A stretch of DNA of 64,000 nucleotides from an uncultured Ignavibacteria bacterium (GCA_964461835.1 CAYWVO010000006.1:13998-77997), one strand, 5' to 3'. Counted from the first letter of the stretch, positions 1 to 8,777 are shown. Notes: generated by a model not told the origin, from the sequence alone. Numbers and translations: made by a program.

Positions 1-205
1 CGGTCGTGAGTTGCCGGTGACCCAGGACGATGTCCGGTTGCGACCGGCACGATCAGAGGTAACTCGCCTGGTGTGTGATGCGACGCGCTTCAAGTCCCTT
101 TGCGGATGGCGACCGCAGGTGTCTATCGCTGATGGTTTAAAACGCGCATATTCATTTTATCAAGCCCGACCACAACCACGTGGCAACCGTAGTTTTGTGG
201 TTTAA
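1..205 (+). CDS. Partial CDS: C-terminal end of an NAD-dependent sugar-nucleotide epimerase/dehydratase. The 5' end lies outside the window.
   Basis: The ORF runs to the window edge. Its C-terminus (…LGWRPQVSIADGLKRAY…) resembles the C-terminus of the neighbouring epimerase, which has the LGYKP…GLE pattern. Confidence 0.55.
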   Translation, partial: GRELPVTQDDVRLRPARSEVTRLVCDATRFKSLCGWRPQVSIADGLKRAYSFYQARPQPRGNRSFVV

Positions 206-295
206 ATGTCAGTTGGCTGCAGCGTACCGAAATGACTACCGATGACTAAGAAAAGGGACCGTCATGAGTGACAGCGGGCTACAGGTGGGGAGCGT

Positions 296-1249
296 ATGAG
301 ATATCTGATTACCGGCGGGGCAGGATTTATCGGATCGAATATCGTTGAGGTGCTGACCAGACGCGACGAATCAGTACGGGTGCTGGACAATTTTGCCACG
401 GGCCGGCGGGAGAACCTTGCGGAGTTCATCGATCACATTGAATTAATCGAGGGCGACATTCGGGACTTCTGGACTTGTTATGATGCAGTCGCCGACTGTG
501 ATTATGTGTTACATCAAGCAGCGCTACCTTCGGTGCAACGGTCCGTGGCCAATCCCCAAACCACCCACGCGATCAATTGTACCGGCACGCTCAATCTGCT
601 GGAAGCGGCGCGGCGACATCAGGTCAGCCGCTTTGTCTATGCCTCGTCATCCTCGGTGTACGGGGACACGCCGACGTTACCGAAAGTTGAGACGATGTCT
701 CCGCAACCGCTTTCGCCCTACGCCACCACGAAATTGGCCGGCGAGATGTATTGCCTGAATTATTGCGGTCTTTACGGACTGCCGACGGTCTGTCTTCGGT
801 ATTTCAATATCTTCGGCCCGCGTCAGGACCCGCAATCCGAATACGCGGCGGTGATTCCCAAATTCGTGACGGCCCTGCTGGCTGGCCAGGCGCCGACCGT
901 ATTTGGTGATGGTGAGCAATCGCGCGATTTCACCTACATCGATAATGCTGTCGATGCGAATCTGGCCGCCTGCACTGCACCCGGCGCTCCGGGAAAGGTG
1001 TTCAATATCGCTTGCGGGGGCCAATTCACCTTGAACCAACTCCTCGCCCAATTGCAGGAAATCATCGGTTCGTCAATCACCGCAGAGTATACCGAGCCGC
1101 GGCCCGGCGATATCAAACACTCCCTAGCTGATATCACCGCCGCCCAAGACGGTCTGGGCTATAAACCCGCTACCGGATTTCGGCGCGGACTGGAAATAAC
1201 AGTTGACTGGTGCCGGCAGACCGAAAGCCGGGTGGACGTACCACGGTGA
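296..1249 (+). CDS. NAD-dependent epimerase/dehydratase of the SDR family, UDP-sugar 4-epimerase-like
   Basis: Has the N-terminal Rossmann motif GGAGFIGS and the catalytic YxxxK motif (YATTKLAGE). Length 317 aa. Confidence 0.9.
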   Translation: MRYLITGGAGFIGSNIVEVLTRRDESVRVLDNFATGRRENLAEFIDHIELIEGDIRDFWTCYDAVADCDYVLHQAALPSVQRSVANPQTTHAINCTGTLNLLEAARRHQVSRFVYASSSSVYGDTPTLPKVETMSPQPLSPYATTKLAGEMYCLNYCGLYGLPTVCLRYFNIFGPRQDPQSEYAAVIPKFVTALLAGQAPTVFGDGEQSRDFTYIDNAVDANLAACTAPGAPGKVFNIACGGQFTLNQLLAQLQEIIGSSITAEYTEPRPGDIKHSLADITAAQDGLGYKPATGFRRGLEITVDWCRQTESRVDVPR

Positions 1250-1392
1250 ACACTGGAAATTTGACTGGCGAACATTCCTCCAACCATTTTGATTATCCCA
1301 CGGTAGAACCGAGATGGACACTGGCGGTACGCACGGTTGGTTCGTATACTATCGAAGTTTAACCGGGAAGCGGAGCAACGAGCGGTTTACTG

Positions 1393-2322
1393 ATGGCCAC
1401 CAACCTGCAAAAAAAATCAACCAGCGTTGCCGATGACACCACCACTCGATCCACATCTATCGGGGATCTCTTCCGGTGGTCTCCCGGTTGGTATCTTCTG
1501 GTAGTGCTCATTCTGGTTACCTACCTGCCGGTGATATACGACTTAGTCAAGGACTGGTGGCACGACGATAACTATTCCCATGGATTCTTAGTGCCGCTGG
1601 TGTCGGCCTATTTTCTCTGGCGTCGTCGGGACGAGTTGCGGACGACGACCTACCGGTACACCCCGGCCGGCTGGATCATGATCGCCTTCGCGCTGACCGT
1701 GTATATCACGGGAACAGCGGGCGCGGAGTATTTTACCACCCGGACGTCCCTGGTCTTTCTCATCTTTGGCTTAACCTGGACCTTCGGTGGGAAGAATGCG
1801 TTGAAGATTGCCTGGTTTCCGATCGCTTTTTTGTTGTTTATGATCCCGATACCGTATGTGATGTATTATTCGGCCACGTTTCCGCTGCAATTGCTGGCTT
1901 CAAAAGTTTCCAGCGCCGGTCTGGATGTCATTGGGGTCCCGCACGTGCGGCAGGGGAATATCATCCATCTGCCGGGCTACTCATTGGAGGTTGCCGAGGC
2001 GTGTTCGGGGATGCGGTCGCTGGTCTCGCTTTTGGCCTTGGGCGCGGCGTACGCCCGTCTCACCCAGCCCCGGCTGCGATGGCAGATTATTTTATTTCTC
2101 TCCACCGTGCCGATTGCGCTGGCGGCGAATGCCTTTCGAGTATGGATCACCGCGCTGGGTGCCTATGCCATCAGCCCGAAGATGGCTGAGGATTTTTTGC
2201 ATGAGTTTTCCGGCATTGTAGTATTCGTGGTGTCGTTTGTGTTTTTGTTTATTTTAGGAGGGATTTTTTACTGGTGGCAACGCCGAAAAAAACAGCCTTC
2301 GTCGCCGTCTGTGTCCTCGTAG
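1393..2322 (+). CDS. Exosortase, a PEP-CTERM sorting transpeptidase (XrtA-like)
   Basis: Polytopic membrane protein. Carries the conserved exosortase active-site segment LEVAEACSGMRS and an NAFR motif. Overlaps the downstream EpsI gene. Confidence 0.85.
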   Translation: MATNLQKKSTSVADDTTTRSTSIGDLFRWSPGWYLLVVLILVTYLPVIYDLVKDWWHDDNYSHGFLVPLVSAYFLWRRRDELRTTTYRYTPAGWIMIAFALTVYITGTAGAEYFTTRTSLVFLIFGLTWTFGGKNALKIAWFPIAFLLFMIPIPYVMYYSATFPLQLLASKVSSAGLDVIGVPHVRQGNIIHLPGYSLEVAEACSGMRSLVSLLALGAAYARLTQPRLRWQIILFLSTVPIALAANAFRVWITALGAYAISPKMAEDFLHEFSGIVVFVVSFVFLFILGGIFYWWQRRKKQPSSPSVSS

Positions 2323-2945
2323 TCCTGGCCGGGACGTTCAGTTATTTTTTGCGGTATTCACGGATTGAGCCTGACCGCGAACCGGATTTTGCCGAGATCC
2401 CCTACCGGCTCGGTGAATGGGTCGGGGAGGAACGCCGCTTTGAGGATTACGCCTACGAAGTGCTCGCGGCCGATACCACGACCTACCGCCTCTATCGGGA
2501 TACCACGGGACGGGAGATGTCGTTGTTCATCGCATATTTCTCCTCCCAGGAATACGGCGGCCAGATTCACTCACCCCGTCATTGTTTGCCCGGTGGCGGC
2601 TGGGCAATTCAGTCTCGCGAACCGCAGACGCTAGCGGTTCCCGGAGAGAACAATTACACAATCAACCGGATGAGGATTGCGCTGGGTGAGCATGCAGAAT
2701 ACATGTGGTATTGGTTTATGACGCGGGGCGGGGTCAATTCGTCCGAGTACGGTCTCAAGTGGGACCTGGTCATCAATTCGCTGCAACTGAAACCGACCGA
2801 CGCCGTGTTCATCCGGTTTAACACGCTGACTGAGGCAACGCCGGCCGAGGCCGAACGTTTGGGCGAAGCATTCGCGTTGGAATTGATCAAGCATCTTGAC
2901 CGCGCGCTGCCATTCGCCAATCGGAGTACGCCCCGTGATGGGTAA
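2274..2945 (+). CDS. EpsI family protein, an exosortase-associated periplasmic protein
   Basis: N-terminal TM/signal segment. Has the characteristic HSPRHCLPGGGW motif of the EpsI family. Lies immediately downstream of, and overlapping, the exosortase gene. Confidence 0.8.
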   Translation: MATPKKTAFVAVCVLVVLAGTFSYFLRYSRIEPDREPDFAEIPYRLGEWVGEERRFEDYAYEVLAADTTTYRLYRDTTGREMSLFIAYFSSQEYGGQIHSPRHCLPGGGWAIQSREPQTLAVPGENNYTINRMRIALGEHAEYMWYWFMTRGGVNSSEYGLKWDLVINSLQLKPTDAVFIRFNTLTEATPAEAERLGEAFALELIKHLDRALPFANRSTPRDG

Positions 2946-3810
2946 AGACCTGCTCACCGCCATTCGTCCCGCCCAGTGGGTAAAAAATAGTGTCGTGTTC
3001 GCGGCCGTCATCTTTGCGCGCGAATATCAGGATACCGAGAAACTCCTGCTGGCGAGTATCGCATTTGCGTGTTTCTGTTTGATTTCCTCCAGCGTTTATT
3101 TACTCAACGATGTGATCGATGCGCCCCGCGACGCCAAGCATCCCGTTAAGAAAAACCGGCCGATTGCCTCCGGCAGAGTTCCGCCGGGGCTGGCGTTGGG
3201 GGTGGCGATTGTGTTTGCCGCCGGTGGATTTATCACCGGCTATGTCCTGTTGCCGGACGTGTTTCTGTTGACGCTGCTGGGGTATGTTGTGTTGAATATC
3301 GGATATTCACTGAAACTTAAGCACGTGGTTATTCTGGATGTGATGTCGATTGCCGCGGGCTTTGTGTTGCGTGCGGTGGCGGGAGGATTGGCGGTGTCGG
3401 TGCCGATTTCCTCGTGGTTGCTCATCTGCACGACCTTGCTGGCGCTGTTTCTGGGGTTCGGCAAACGGCGGCATGAACTGGTGTTGCTGGGCAATCAAGC
3501 CGACGGACACCGGAATATCCTGACTGAGTACTCTCCGTACTTTTTGGATCAAATGATTGGTGTCGTGACGGCATCCACCGTGGTTGCCTACTGCTTTTAC
3601 ACCCTTTCTCCGGAGGTCCAGGAAAAATTAGGGTCGGACAAGTTGGTATTGACGGTACCGTTTGTACTCTACGGTGTTTTCCGCTACCTGTACTTGATTC
3701 ATCAAAGGCAGGTAGGCGGGAATCCGACCCGCGTAATGCTGACCGACCTGCCGATTCTGATCACCGTGGTGCTTTGGCTGATTTGTGTGTTGATTATTTT
3801 GGGTGCGTAA
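2938..3810 (+). CDS. UbiA-family prenyltransferase, decaprenyl-phosphate phosphoribosyltransferase-like
   Basis: Has the NDxxDxxxD motif (LLNDVIDAPRDAKH) and multiple TM helices. The MGKDLL start sits inside the longer ORF called at 2896. Confidence 0.8.
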   Translation: MGKDLLTAIRPAQWVKNSVVFAAVIFAREYQDTEKLLLASIAFACFCLISSSVYLLNDVIDAPRDAKHPVKKNRPIASGRVPPGLALGVAIVFAAGGFITGYVLLPDVFLLTLLGYVVLNIGYSLKLKHVVILDVMSIAAGFVLRAVAGGLAVSVPISSWLLICTTLLALFLGFGKRRHELVLLGNQADGHRNILTEYSPYFLDQMIGVVTASTVVAYCFYTLSPEVQEKLGSDKLVLTVPFVLYGVFRYLYLIHQRQVGGNPTRVMLTDLPILITVVLWLICVLIILGA

Positions 3811-3893
3811 TCAACTGGCCCTATCTGCACGAAAGTGCCCCAGGGTTTCCAGGAAACGATTGCATTCAGCGAAATTATCGTGCTCGTCATTGT

Positions 3894-3918
3894 GTGCGCG
3901 GCAGGTCTCCAACCTGCC
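3894..3918 (+). repeat. Family-A hairpin repeat, copy A1 (GTGCGCGGCAGG-loop-CCTGCC)
   Basis: gtgcgcggcaggtctccaacctgcc. Related copies are listed below. Confidence 0.8.
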
Positions 3919-3950
3919 GGCTCGACGGAAAGAAACAGAATCATCCTCTT

Positions 3951-3975
3951 GTGCGCGGCAGGTCTTTAACCTGCC
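3951..3975 (+). repeat. Family-A hairpin repeat, copy A2
   Basis: gtgcgcggcaggtctttaacctgcc, a tandem neighbour of A1. Confidence 0.8.
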
Positions 3976-4080
3976 CGTCTCATGGAATTAGCGGCATCAT
4001 CCCATAGTGCCACCCGCTTCCGATCCCCACGACAAGCATAAATTACCGACGTTTCGAGAATGACAGAACGGGATAGAACG

Positions 4081-4105
4081 GGCAGACGAGACGTCTGCCG
4101 CGCAC
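4081..4105 (-). repeat. Family-A hairpin repeat, copy A3 in inverted orientation
   Basis: ggcagacgagacgtctgccgcgcac. The stem sequence differs from A1/A2 but still pairs. Confidence 0.75.
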
Positions 4106-4299
4106 AAAACCTACCCTCCCGAGGCTGGGCCGGCGACGCTCATTGGCAGATGGCCCACCACGAAAGGAATTATGCAGCAATTCTCGTAATGGTGGGGGTA
4201 GAAAGATTATAGCTACAGGACAGCAGCTGCTATCCCATCACTCCCGGATTTCATCCCTGAAATCCTTCCGTGGTGGGCCGCCCATCATTAGGTAAACAA

Positions 4300-4536
4300 T
4301 CAGCCTTTGGTCGAGCCCGGCGGGAGCAATTGCTGGAGTGCATCAGGAAGTTTACCGGGGAAATCTCGGTTGGCGACACCCCGGGCCTTGCGATAGGAAT
4401 CATCATTGACCGCCACCGGTTGCGCCGAACCGGTGTGCCGGGCGATGATCCGCTCGACTTTGCCTTTGTCATTATCCCGCAGTGCGTCAGCGAGTTCCTG
4501 GAATACTGGGCCGGTCAGCGGGCCAGGTGGATGCAT
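4300..4536 (-). CDS. Hypothetical small protein of 78 aa
   Basis: An AAGGAGGG Shine-Dalgarno sits 4 nt upstream of the ATG. The ORF is embedded in a repeat-rich intergenic region. No recognisable domain. Confidence 0.3.
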   Translation of the reverse strand: MHPPGPLTGPVFQELADALRDNDKGKVERIIARHTGSAQPVAVNDDSYRKARGVANRDFPGKLPDALQQLLPPGSTKG

Positions 4537-4667
4537 AAACCCTCCTTAGGTTCGGTTTCGTTCTGATTGAGTCTACGTGTTGCTGCTACGGGGTGCAAGC
4601 GGAAAAGGCGGGGGGTCAATCACGAATGAAACACGCTCGAACACAAAAGCTGGCACACAGGCTGGCG

Positions 4668-4716
4668 TGGCCCTGATCTGAGGGTGAGCGGCTGCGAACC
4701 CGGAGATCAGGGTTTC
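4668..4716 (+). repeat. Family-E-like hairpin repeat, copy E3 (GGCCCTGATCT…AGATCAGGGTTTCC)
   Basis: An 8-bp inverted repeat with a 24-nt loop. Shares the GGCCCTGA / TCAGGGTTTC arms with E1 and E2. Confidence 0.6.
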
Positions 4717-4762
4717 CAGGAGCGACCGGATTTGGCACCAGAGGGCATCGCACCTAGAAACC

Positions 4763-4792
4763 CTGACGAACGTCAGGCCCACCCTCCCCCAA
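4763..4792 (-). repeat. Family-E hairpin repeat, copy E1 (revcomp of GGGTGGCCCTGACGTTCGTCAGGGTTTCT)
   Basis: Matches 58412-58443 in the opposite orientation. Has an 8-bp stem CCCTGACG / CGTCAGGG. Confidence 0.75.
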
Positions 4793-4830
4793 AATGGATC
4801 CCGGCTCAAGGCCGGGATGACACGTCGGGG
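4785..4830 (-). repeat. Family-C hairpin repeat, copy C1 (TGTCATCCCGGC-CTTGA-GCCGGGATCCATTTTGGGG)
   Basis: ccccaaaatggatcccggctcaaggccgggatgacacg. Lies downstream of the minus-strand qmoC-like gene. Confidence 0.85.
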
Positions 4831-4853
4831 TGAGTCGGTCTAATTGCCGCAGA

Positions 4854-4888
4854 ACGGGCAGACGTGCAGCCTGCCGGGCACAATTCGC
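4854..4888 (-). repeat. Family-A hairpin repeat, copy A4, degenerate
   Basis: The revcomp reads TGTGCCCGGCAGGCTGCACGTCTGCCCGTTC. Confidence 0.55.
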
Positions 4889-4906
4889 TATATACCAAAA
4901 CAACCC

Positions 4907-4945
4907 CAAACCAAGTCCCGCCAGGGCGGGAAAGTTTGGGGTTGC
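4907..4945 (+). repeat. Family-B repeat, copy B1 (hairpin CCCGCC-AGGG-CGGG followed by GGTTGCCACCC)
   Basis: caagtcccgccagggcgggaaagtttggggttgccaccc. Confidence 0.7.
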
Positions 4946-5006
4946 CACCCATGTTCCATAAAAAAGCCGGTGCACGAGGACGTACCCCGGCCACAGATCT
5001 CATTGT

Positions 5007-5039
5007 CCGGGCAGGCTAAAGGCCTGCCGCGCACACATC
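5007..5039 (-). repeat. Family-A hairpin repeat, copy A5, abutting the stop codon of the qmoC-like gene
   Basis: The revcomp reads ggatgtgtgcgcggcaggcctttagcctgcccgg. Confidence 0.8.
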
Positions 5040-6218
5040 CTACGCCGTGCGCATCTCCCGACCAACCTGCTTGGCGTGGACAATCGCCAGCGTGCGGTAA
5101 ATCATATGCGCAAACTTCGAGTAGGGCATATACCACAACAGGAAAAACACGAACACCAAATGCGCGAAATAGTTGGCATAGGCGACCATCGGCAGCCCGG
5201 TGTACCGCAATAGCCAGGAAAGCATCCCGGTCAGACCCGTTAAGAACATTATGTAGATAAACAAGTAATCGGCGTAGCCGTTGGCGCCGACTTCATCCTT
5301 GTTCTGCCAGCGACGGACGATCAACCAGGTGCTGCCCACCAGCAGGGCAATTCCGCTGAGCGCACCCAGGATTTTCACCGGGTGCGGCGGTTCGATTGGT
5401 ACCTGGAAAAACGAATCCAGCGTTTCAATCCCGAACCAGGTGTGGAGATAATGCGGCAAGAATACGAACAAGAGCACCAAGCCGGTGGTGATCATCGCTC
5501 CGATAAACCCAAAAAACAAAATCATGTGGGCCTTGGCGCGGGGTTTGTTGGTTGTGCATTTGTTGAACTTGGTGTGGGTGAAAATCTCCTTCATCGTCGC
5601 CACAAATGCGGGCACAAACCCCATATTTACCTGCCCGACATCCCGATTGAGCGCGTCCCAGAACCTCTTGAACGCAACCGCAGCGAAGATGAAGATCAGG
5701 ACGTTGCCGAATACAAAGAGTGCATCCACCGTGCTGTGCGGCATAAAAATATTGTAATCGATCGCCGCCTCCGTCATGAACAGATACTCCCCGTCCACCT
5801 GGGGCGCTGAGAGAACGATACTCCCCAAAATGATCAGAATCGGTACCAAAAAGAGCACCGGCAGCGCTTTCGGCGTGGCCAGCGCCTTCCCCATGAATTT
5901 AGGGAACGAATAGTTTTCATAGATATAGGTGCGGATCGCTGCAAGCACATCCCCCGGCCGCGCGCCCCGCGGGCAGTAGGTCGTGCAATCATTGCATTGA
6001 TGGCACAGCCAGACATCCGGGTCGGCGATCAGGCGGTCTTTCTGACCCCAGCCGGCCCAGAGCATCTCTTTGCGCGGGAACGGCCTGTCCTCCGGTGAGA
6101 GATTGCAGACGACCGAGCAGGTCGCACACTGGTAGCATTTTTTCAGTGTCTCGCCCCCATTGCGGCGGACACTGCGAATAAATTCTACATCGGGTTGAAT
6201 CGTTTGGACTTCCGCCAT
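5040..6218 (-). CDS. qmoC: Membrane-bound FeS/heme-b oxidoreductase, QmoC-like. It fuses an HdrC-like 2x[4Fe-4S] ferredoxin domain to an HdrE/NarI-like transmembrane domain.
   Basis: Has two CxxCxxCxxxCP motifs (CYQCATCSVVC…P and CHQCNDCTTYCP). These are followed by roughly 6 TM helices containing conserved His. Length 392 aa. A GAGGAGAG RBS precedes the start. The gene is divergent from sat-aprBA. Confidence 0.65.
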   Translation of the reverse strand: MAEVQTIQPDVEFIRSVRRNGGETLKKCYQCATCSVVCNLSPEDRPFPRKEMLWAGWGQKDRLIADPDVWLCHQCNDCTTYCPRGARPGDVLAAIRTYIYENYSFPKFMGKALATPKALPVLFLVPILIILGSIVLSAPQVDGEYLFMTEAAIDYNIFMPHSTVDALFVFGNVLIFIFAAVAFKRFWDALNRDVGQVNMGFVPAFVATMKEIFTHTKFNKCTTNKPRAKAHMILFFGFIGAMITTGLVLLFVFLPHYLHTWFGIETLDSFFQVPIEPPHPVKILGALSGIALLVGSTWLIVRRWQNKDEVGANGYADYLFIYIMFLTGLTGMLSWLLRYTGLPMVAYANYFAHLVFVFFLLWYMPYSKFAHMIYRTLAIVHAKQVGREMRTA

Positions 6219-6901
6219 TGGTCTCTCCTCGTTGTGTCCCGAAGACCAGTCGCTGTGTCGGTGGTGCCGTTTCGTCGTGCGTATTCTTCCCCGCCGACCT
6301 CTAGTAAAATTATAGACCGGAGCAGGAGTTCAGTCAACGATGATGTTAACAATTTCACAAATACCCCTCAATCATTGTCAACTCTCACGCCGTTATTGAT
6401 ACGGTTTTCAGCCCCCCCGTTTCTCACTTAACAAGATTACAACGGTGTACAGGAATGGAAATTGCTTAGTTATTCGCCGCGCAAATGTGAACCAGTTACT
6501 CATTGCCAAACAACGAGATATGCGTGCACATGAATTAAGCGGGCCCCTTGAGTGTGTTCCAAGAATGAGTTCGCTGTTAGATCAATGAATACCGTTCTCA
6601 ATAATAATTCATAACGTTATATTCAGCAGCAAGTTATAGTTAATGACCATTAAACGGATTGGGAAGACACTATCATTATGGCAAAACATGATGTTTTTGA
6701 CGAATAACTCTGACAATTCCTTGGGAAACATGACTATAATTAACTAAATTTCGGAACAAAAAAGGTCGAGTTTCAGTACAGAAAACAGGCATGAATCATG
6801 GGATTACCTAATCGCAAAAAGTGAGGATGTGGGGCCGGAATCAGTCGAGATAATAATTCCGGAATTTGTGAATATAATAACATGTTTTTGACATCTGCGC
6901 C

Positions 6902-6931
6902 TTGACACTACCCGCGCCGTTTCGTAGGTAT
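6902..6931 (+). promoter_or_regulatory. Putative sigma70-type promoter for sat-aprBA: TTGACA, a 17-bp spacer, then TAGGTAT
   Basis: TTGACActacccgcgccgtttcgTAGGTAT lies about 140 nt upstream of the sat ATG. A second TTGACA sits 14 nt further upstream. The region is AT-rich. Confidence 0.3.
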
Positions 6932-7070
6932 TTGCGGGCAGTTAAGGCAGTCGGGCTCAGGAAAGGAACCGGGCACTTCTAACAGCAAACAATCAGGATC
7001 GGGCACGATTGCAAGACGGATTACGACAAGAAATCATGGTGTTATCATTTAATCCCTCAAGGGAGTAGCA

Positions 7071-8297
7071 ATGCCAGCCTCAACACTCATCAGCCCCCAC
7101 GGGGCGGAAGAACTAAAGATTCTCCTGCTGGACGGGCAGGAACGCGACGCAGAATTGAAGCGCGCGGAAGGACTCCCCAAACTGGTGATGTCCTCGCGGG
7201 AAACCGGTGACCTCATTATGATGGGGATCGGCGGATTTACGCCGCTTGACGGTTTCATGGGTAAGGACGACTGGAAAGGTGTCTGCGCCGACATGAAAAT
7301 GGCCAACGGAACGTTTTGGCCGATTCCGATCACTCTCTCCCATGACGAAAAGGTCGACCCCGGGACGGAATTTTGCCTGGTCTCCGGTGAGACCAACGAA
7401 ATCATGGGCACGATGAAGGTGACCGACTGCTACGAGATCGACAAGGAATTCGAATGCAAAAATGTCTTCACCACTACCGACAGCGAACACCCGGGGGTGA
7501 AGATGGTGATGTCCCAGAAGAAATATAACTTGGGCGGACCGGTGAAAGTGGTTTCGGAAAGTTACTTCCCGAAAGAATTTCCGGATCTGTATCAACGTCC
7601 AGCCGAAAGCCGCAAGACCTTCGAGGAACGCGGCTGGAAGACAATTGCCGCGCTGCAATTGCGTAACCCGATGCACCGTTCGCATGAGTATCTGGCCAAG
7701 ATCGCGTTGGAAGTTTCTGACGGCATTTACATCCACCAGCTCGTGGGGAAATTGAAACCCGGTGATATTCCGGCGGAAGTCCGGGTCAAGTGCATTAACA
7801 CACTTGTGGAAAACTACTTTGTCAAAGAGCGGGTGCTCACCGGCGGGTACCCGCTGGATATGCGTTACGCCGGCCCGCGGGAAGGTCTTCTGCACGCCGT
7901 GTTCCGCCAGAACTTCGGCTGCTCCCACATGATCATCGGTCGCGATCATGCCGGGGTGGGCGATTACTATGGCCCGTTCGATGCCCAGAATATTTTCCAG
8001 GAGCTCTGGGATGGCGCCCTGCAATGCCAGATCCTGCCGATCGACTGGACTTTCTATTGCCACAAGTGCGACGGTATGGCCTCGATGAAGACCTGCCCGC
8101 ATGGCAAAGAAGATCGGTTGTTCCTCTCTGGTACGGCATTGCGCAAGGCACTCTCGGAAGGCGGCGAGGTACCGGACGAGTTCAGTCGGAAGGAAGTCCT
8201 GGCAATCCTGCGCGATTATTACGCGGGGCTCAAGGACGAGGACAGAGTTGAAGTCAAAATGCATAAGGCCGCCACGGGCGATTCGGGGAAAAAGTAA
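7071..8297 (+). CDS. sat: Sulfate adenylyltransferase (ATP sulfurylase)
   Basis: Has the [11 protein letters not shown] and GRDHAGVG motifs. Length 408 aa. An AGGGAG RBS precedes the start. Confidence 0.95.
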   Translation: MPASTLISPHGAEELKILLLDGQERDAELKRAEGLPKLVMSSRETGDLIMMGIGGFTPLDGFMGKDDWKGVCADMKMANGTFWPIPITLSHDEKVDPGTEFCLVSGETNEIMGTMKVTDCYEIDKEFECKNVFTTTDSEHPGVKMVMSQKKYNLGGPVKVVSESYFPKEFPDLYQRPAESRKTFEERGWKTIAALQLRNPMHRSHEYLAKIALEVSDGIYIHQLVGKLKPGDIPAEVRVKCINTLVENYFVKERVLTGGYPLDMRYAGPREGLLHAVFRQNFGCSHMIIGRDHAGVGDYYGPFDAQNIFQELWDGALQCQILPIDWTFYCHKCDGMASMKTCPHGKEDRLFLSGTALRKALSEGGEVPDEFSRKEVLAILRDYYAGLKDEDRVEVKMHKAATGDSGKK

Positions 8298-8328
8298 ATG
8301 AGGATATCAACATAAATGGAGGTAACGC

Positions 8329-8763
8329 ATGCCTAGCTTTGTGATTCCGGACAAATGTGACGGCTGTAAGGCGCTCGATAAAACCGCCTGTCAGTACATT
8401 TGCCCGAATGATCTGATGGTCCTGAATAAGGACATCATGAAGGCGTACAACTGGGAACCCGAGATGTGCTGGGAATGTTACAACTGCGTGAAGATTTGCC
8501 CGACCCAGGCCATTGAAGTTCGCGGGTATGCCGACTTTGTGCCGATGGGCGCAGCAGTCACCCCGATGCGGAGTTCCGACTCGATCATGTGGACGGTGAA
8601 GTTCCGCAACGGCACGTTGAAACGCTTCAAATTCCCAATCCGCACCACTCCGGAAGGCGCCGCAGTACCGGACGGCGGATATGGGGCCGGGACCGACGAT
8701 CTCGACAGCCCGCATCTGTTCACCGAACCGGCATCGGTCGAAACCGATTTCCAGGAGAAGTAG
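8329..8763 (+). CDS. aprB: Adenylylsulfate (APS) reductase beta subunit
   Basis: Has the N-terminal 2x[4Fe-4S] pattern CDGCK…CQYICP…CWECYNCVKICP and the characteristic C-terminal tail. Length 144 aa. Confidence 0.95.
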   Translation: MPSFVIPDKCDGCKALDKTACQYICPNDLMVLNKDIMKAYNWEPEMCWECYNCVKICPTQAIEVRGYADFVPMGAAVTPMRSSDSIMWTVKFRNGTLKRFKFPIRTTPEGAAVPDGGYGAGTDDLDSPHLFTEPASVETDFQEK

Positions 8764-8777
8764 GAGGTTGAACGAAC

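Noticed and set aside
3890-4110. A possible CRISPR array, because of closely spaced direct repeats A1 and A2
   Set aside because: There are only two direct copies plus an inverted one, with irregular spacing. The same unit is dispersed singly across the window, and there are no cas genes.
6866-6884. A Rex-operator-like TTGTGAA half-site upstream of sat
   Set aside because: Only one half-site matches. The second half (TTCACAA) is absent at the expected spacing. It is kept only as a remark in the leader-region finding.
7113-8264. A 383-aa minus-strand ORF antisense to sat
   Set aside because: It overlaps the clearly conserved sat gene on the opposite strand. It has no RBS or domain evidence.
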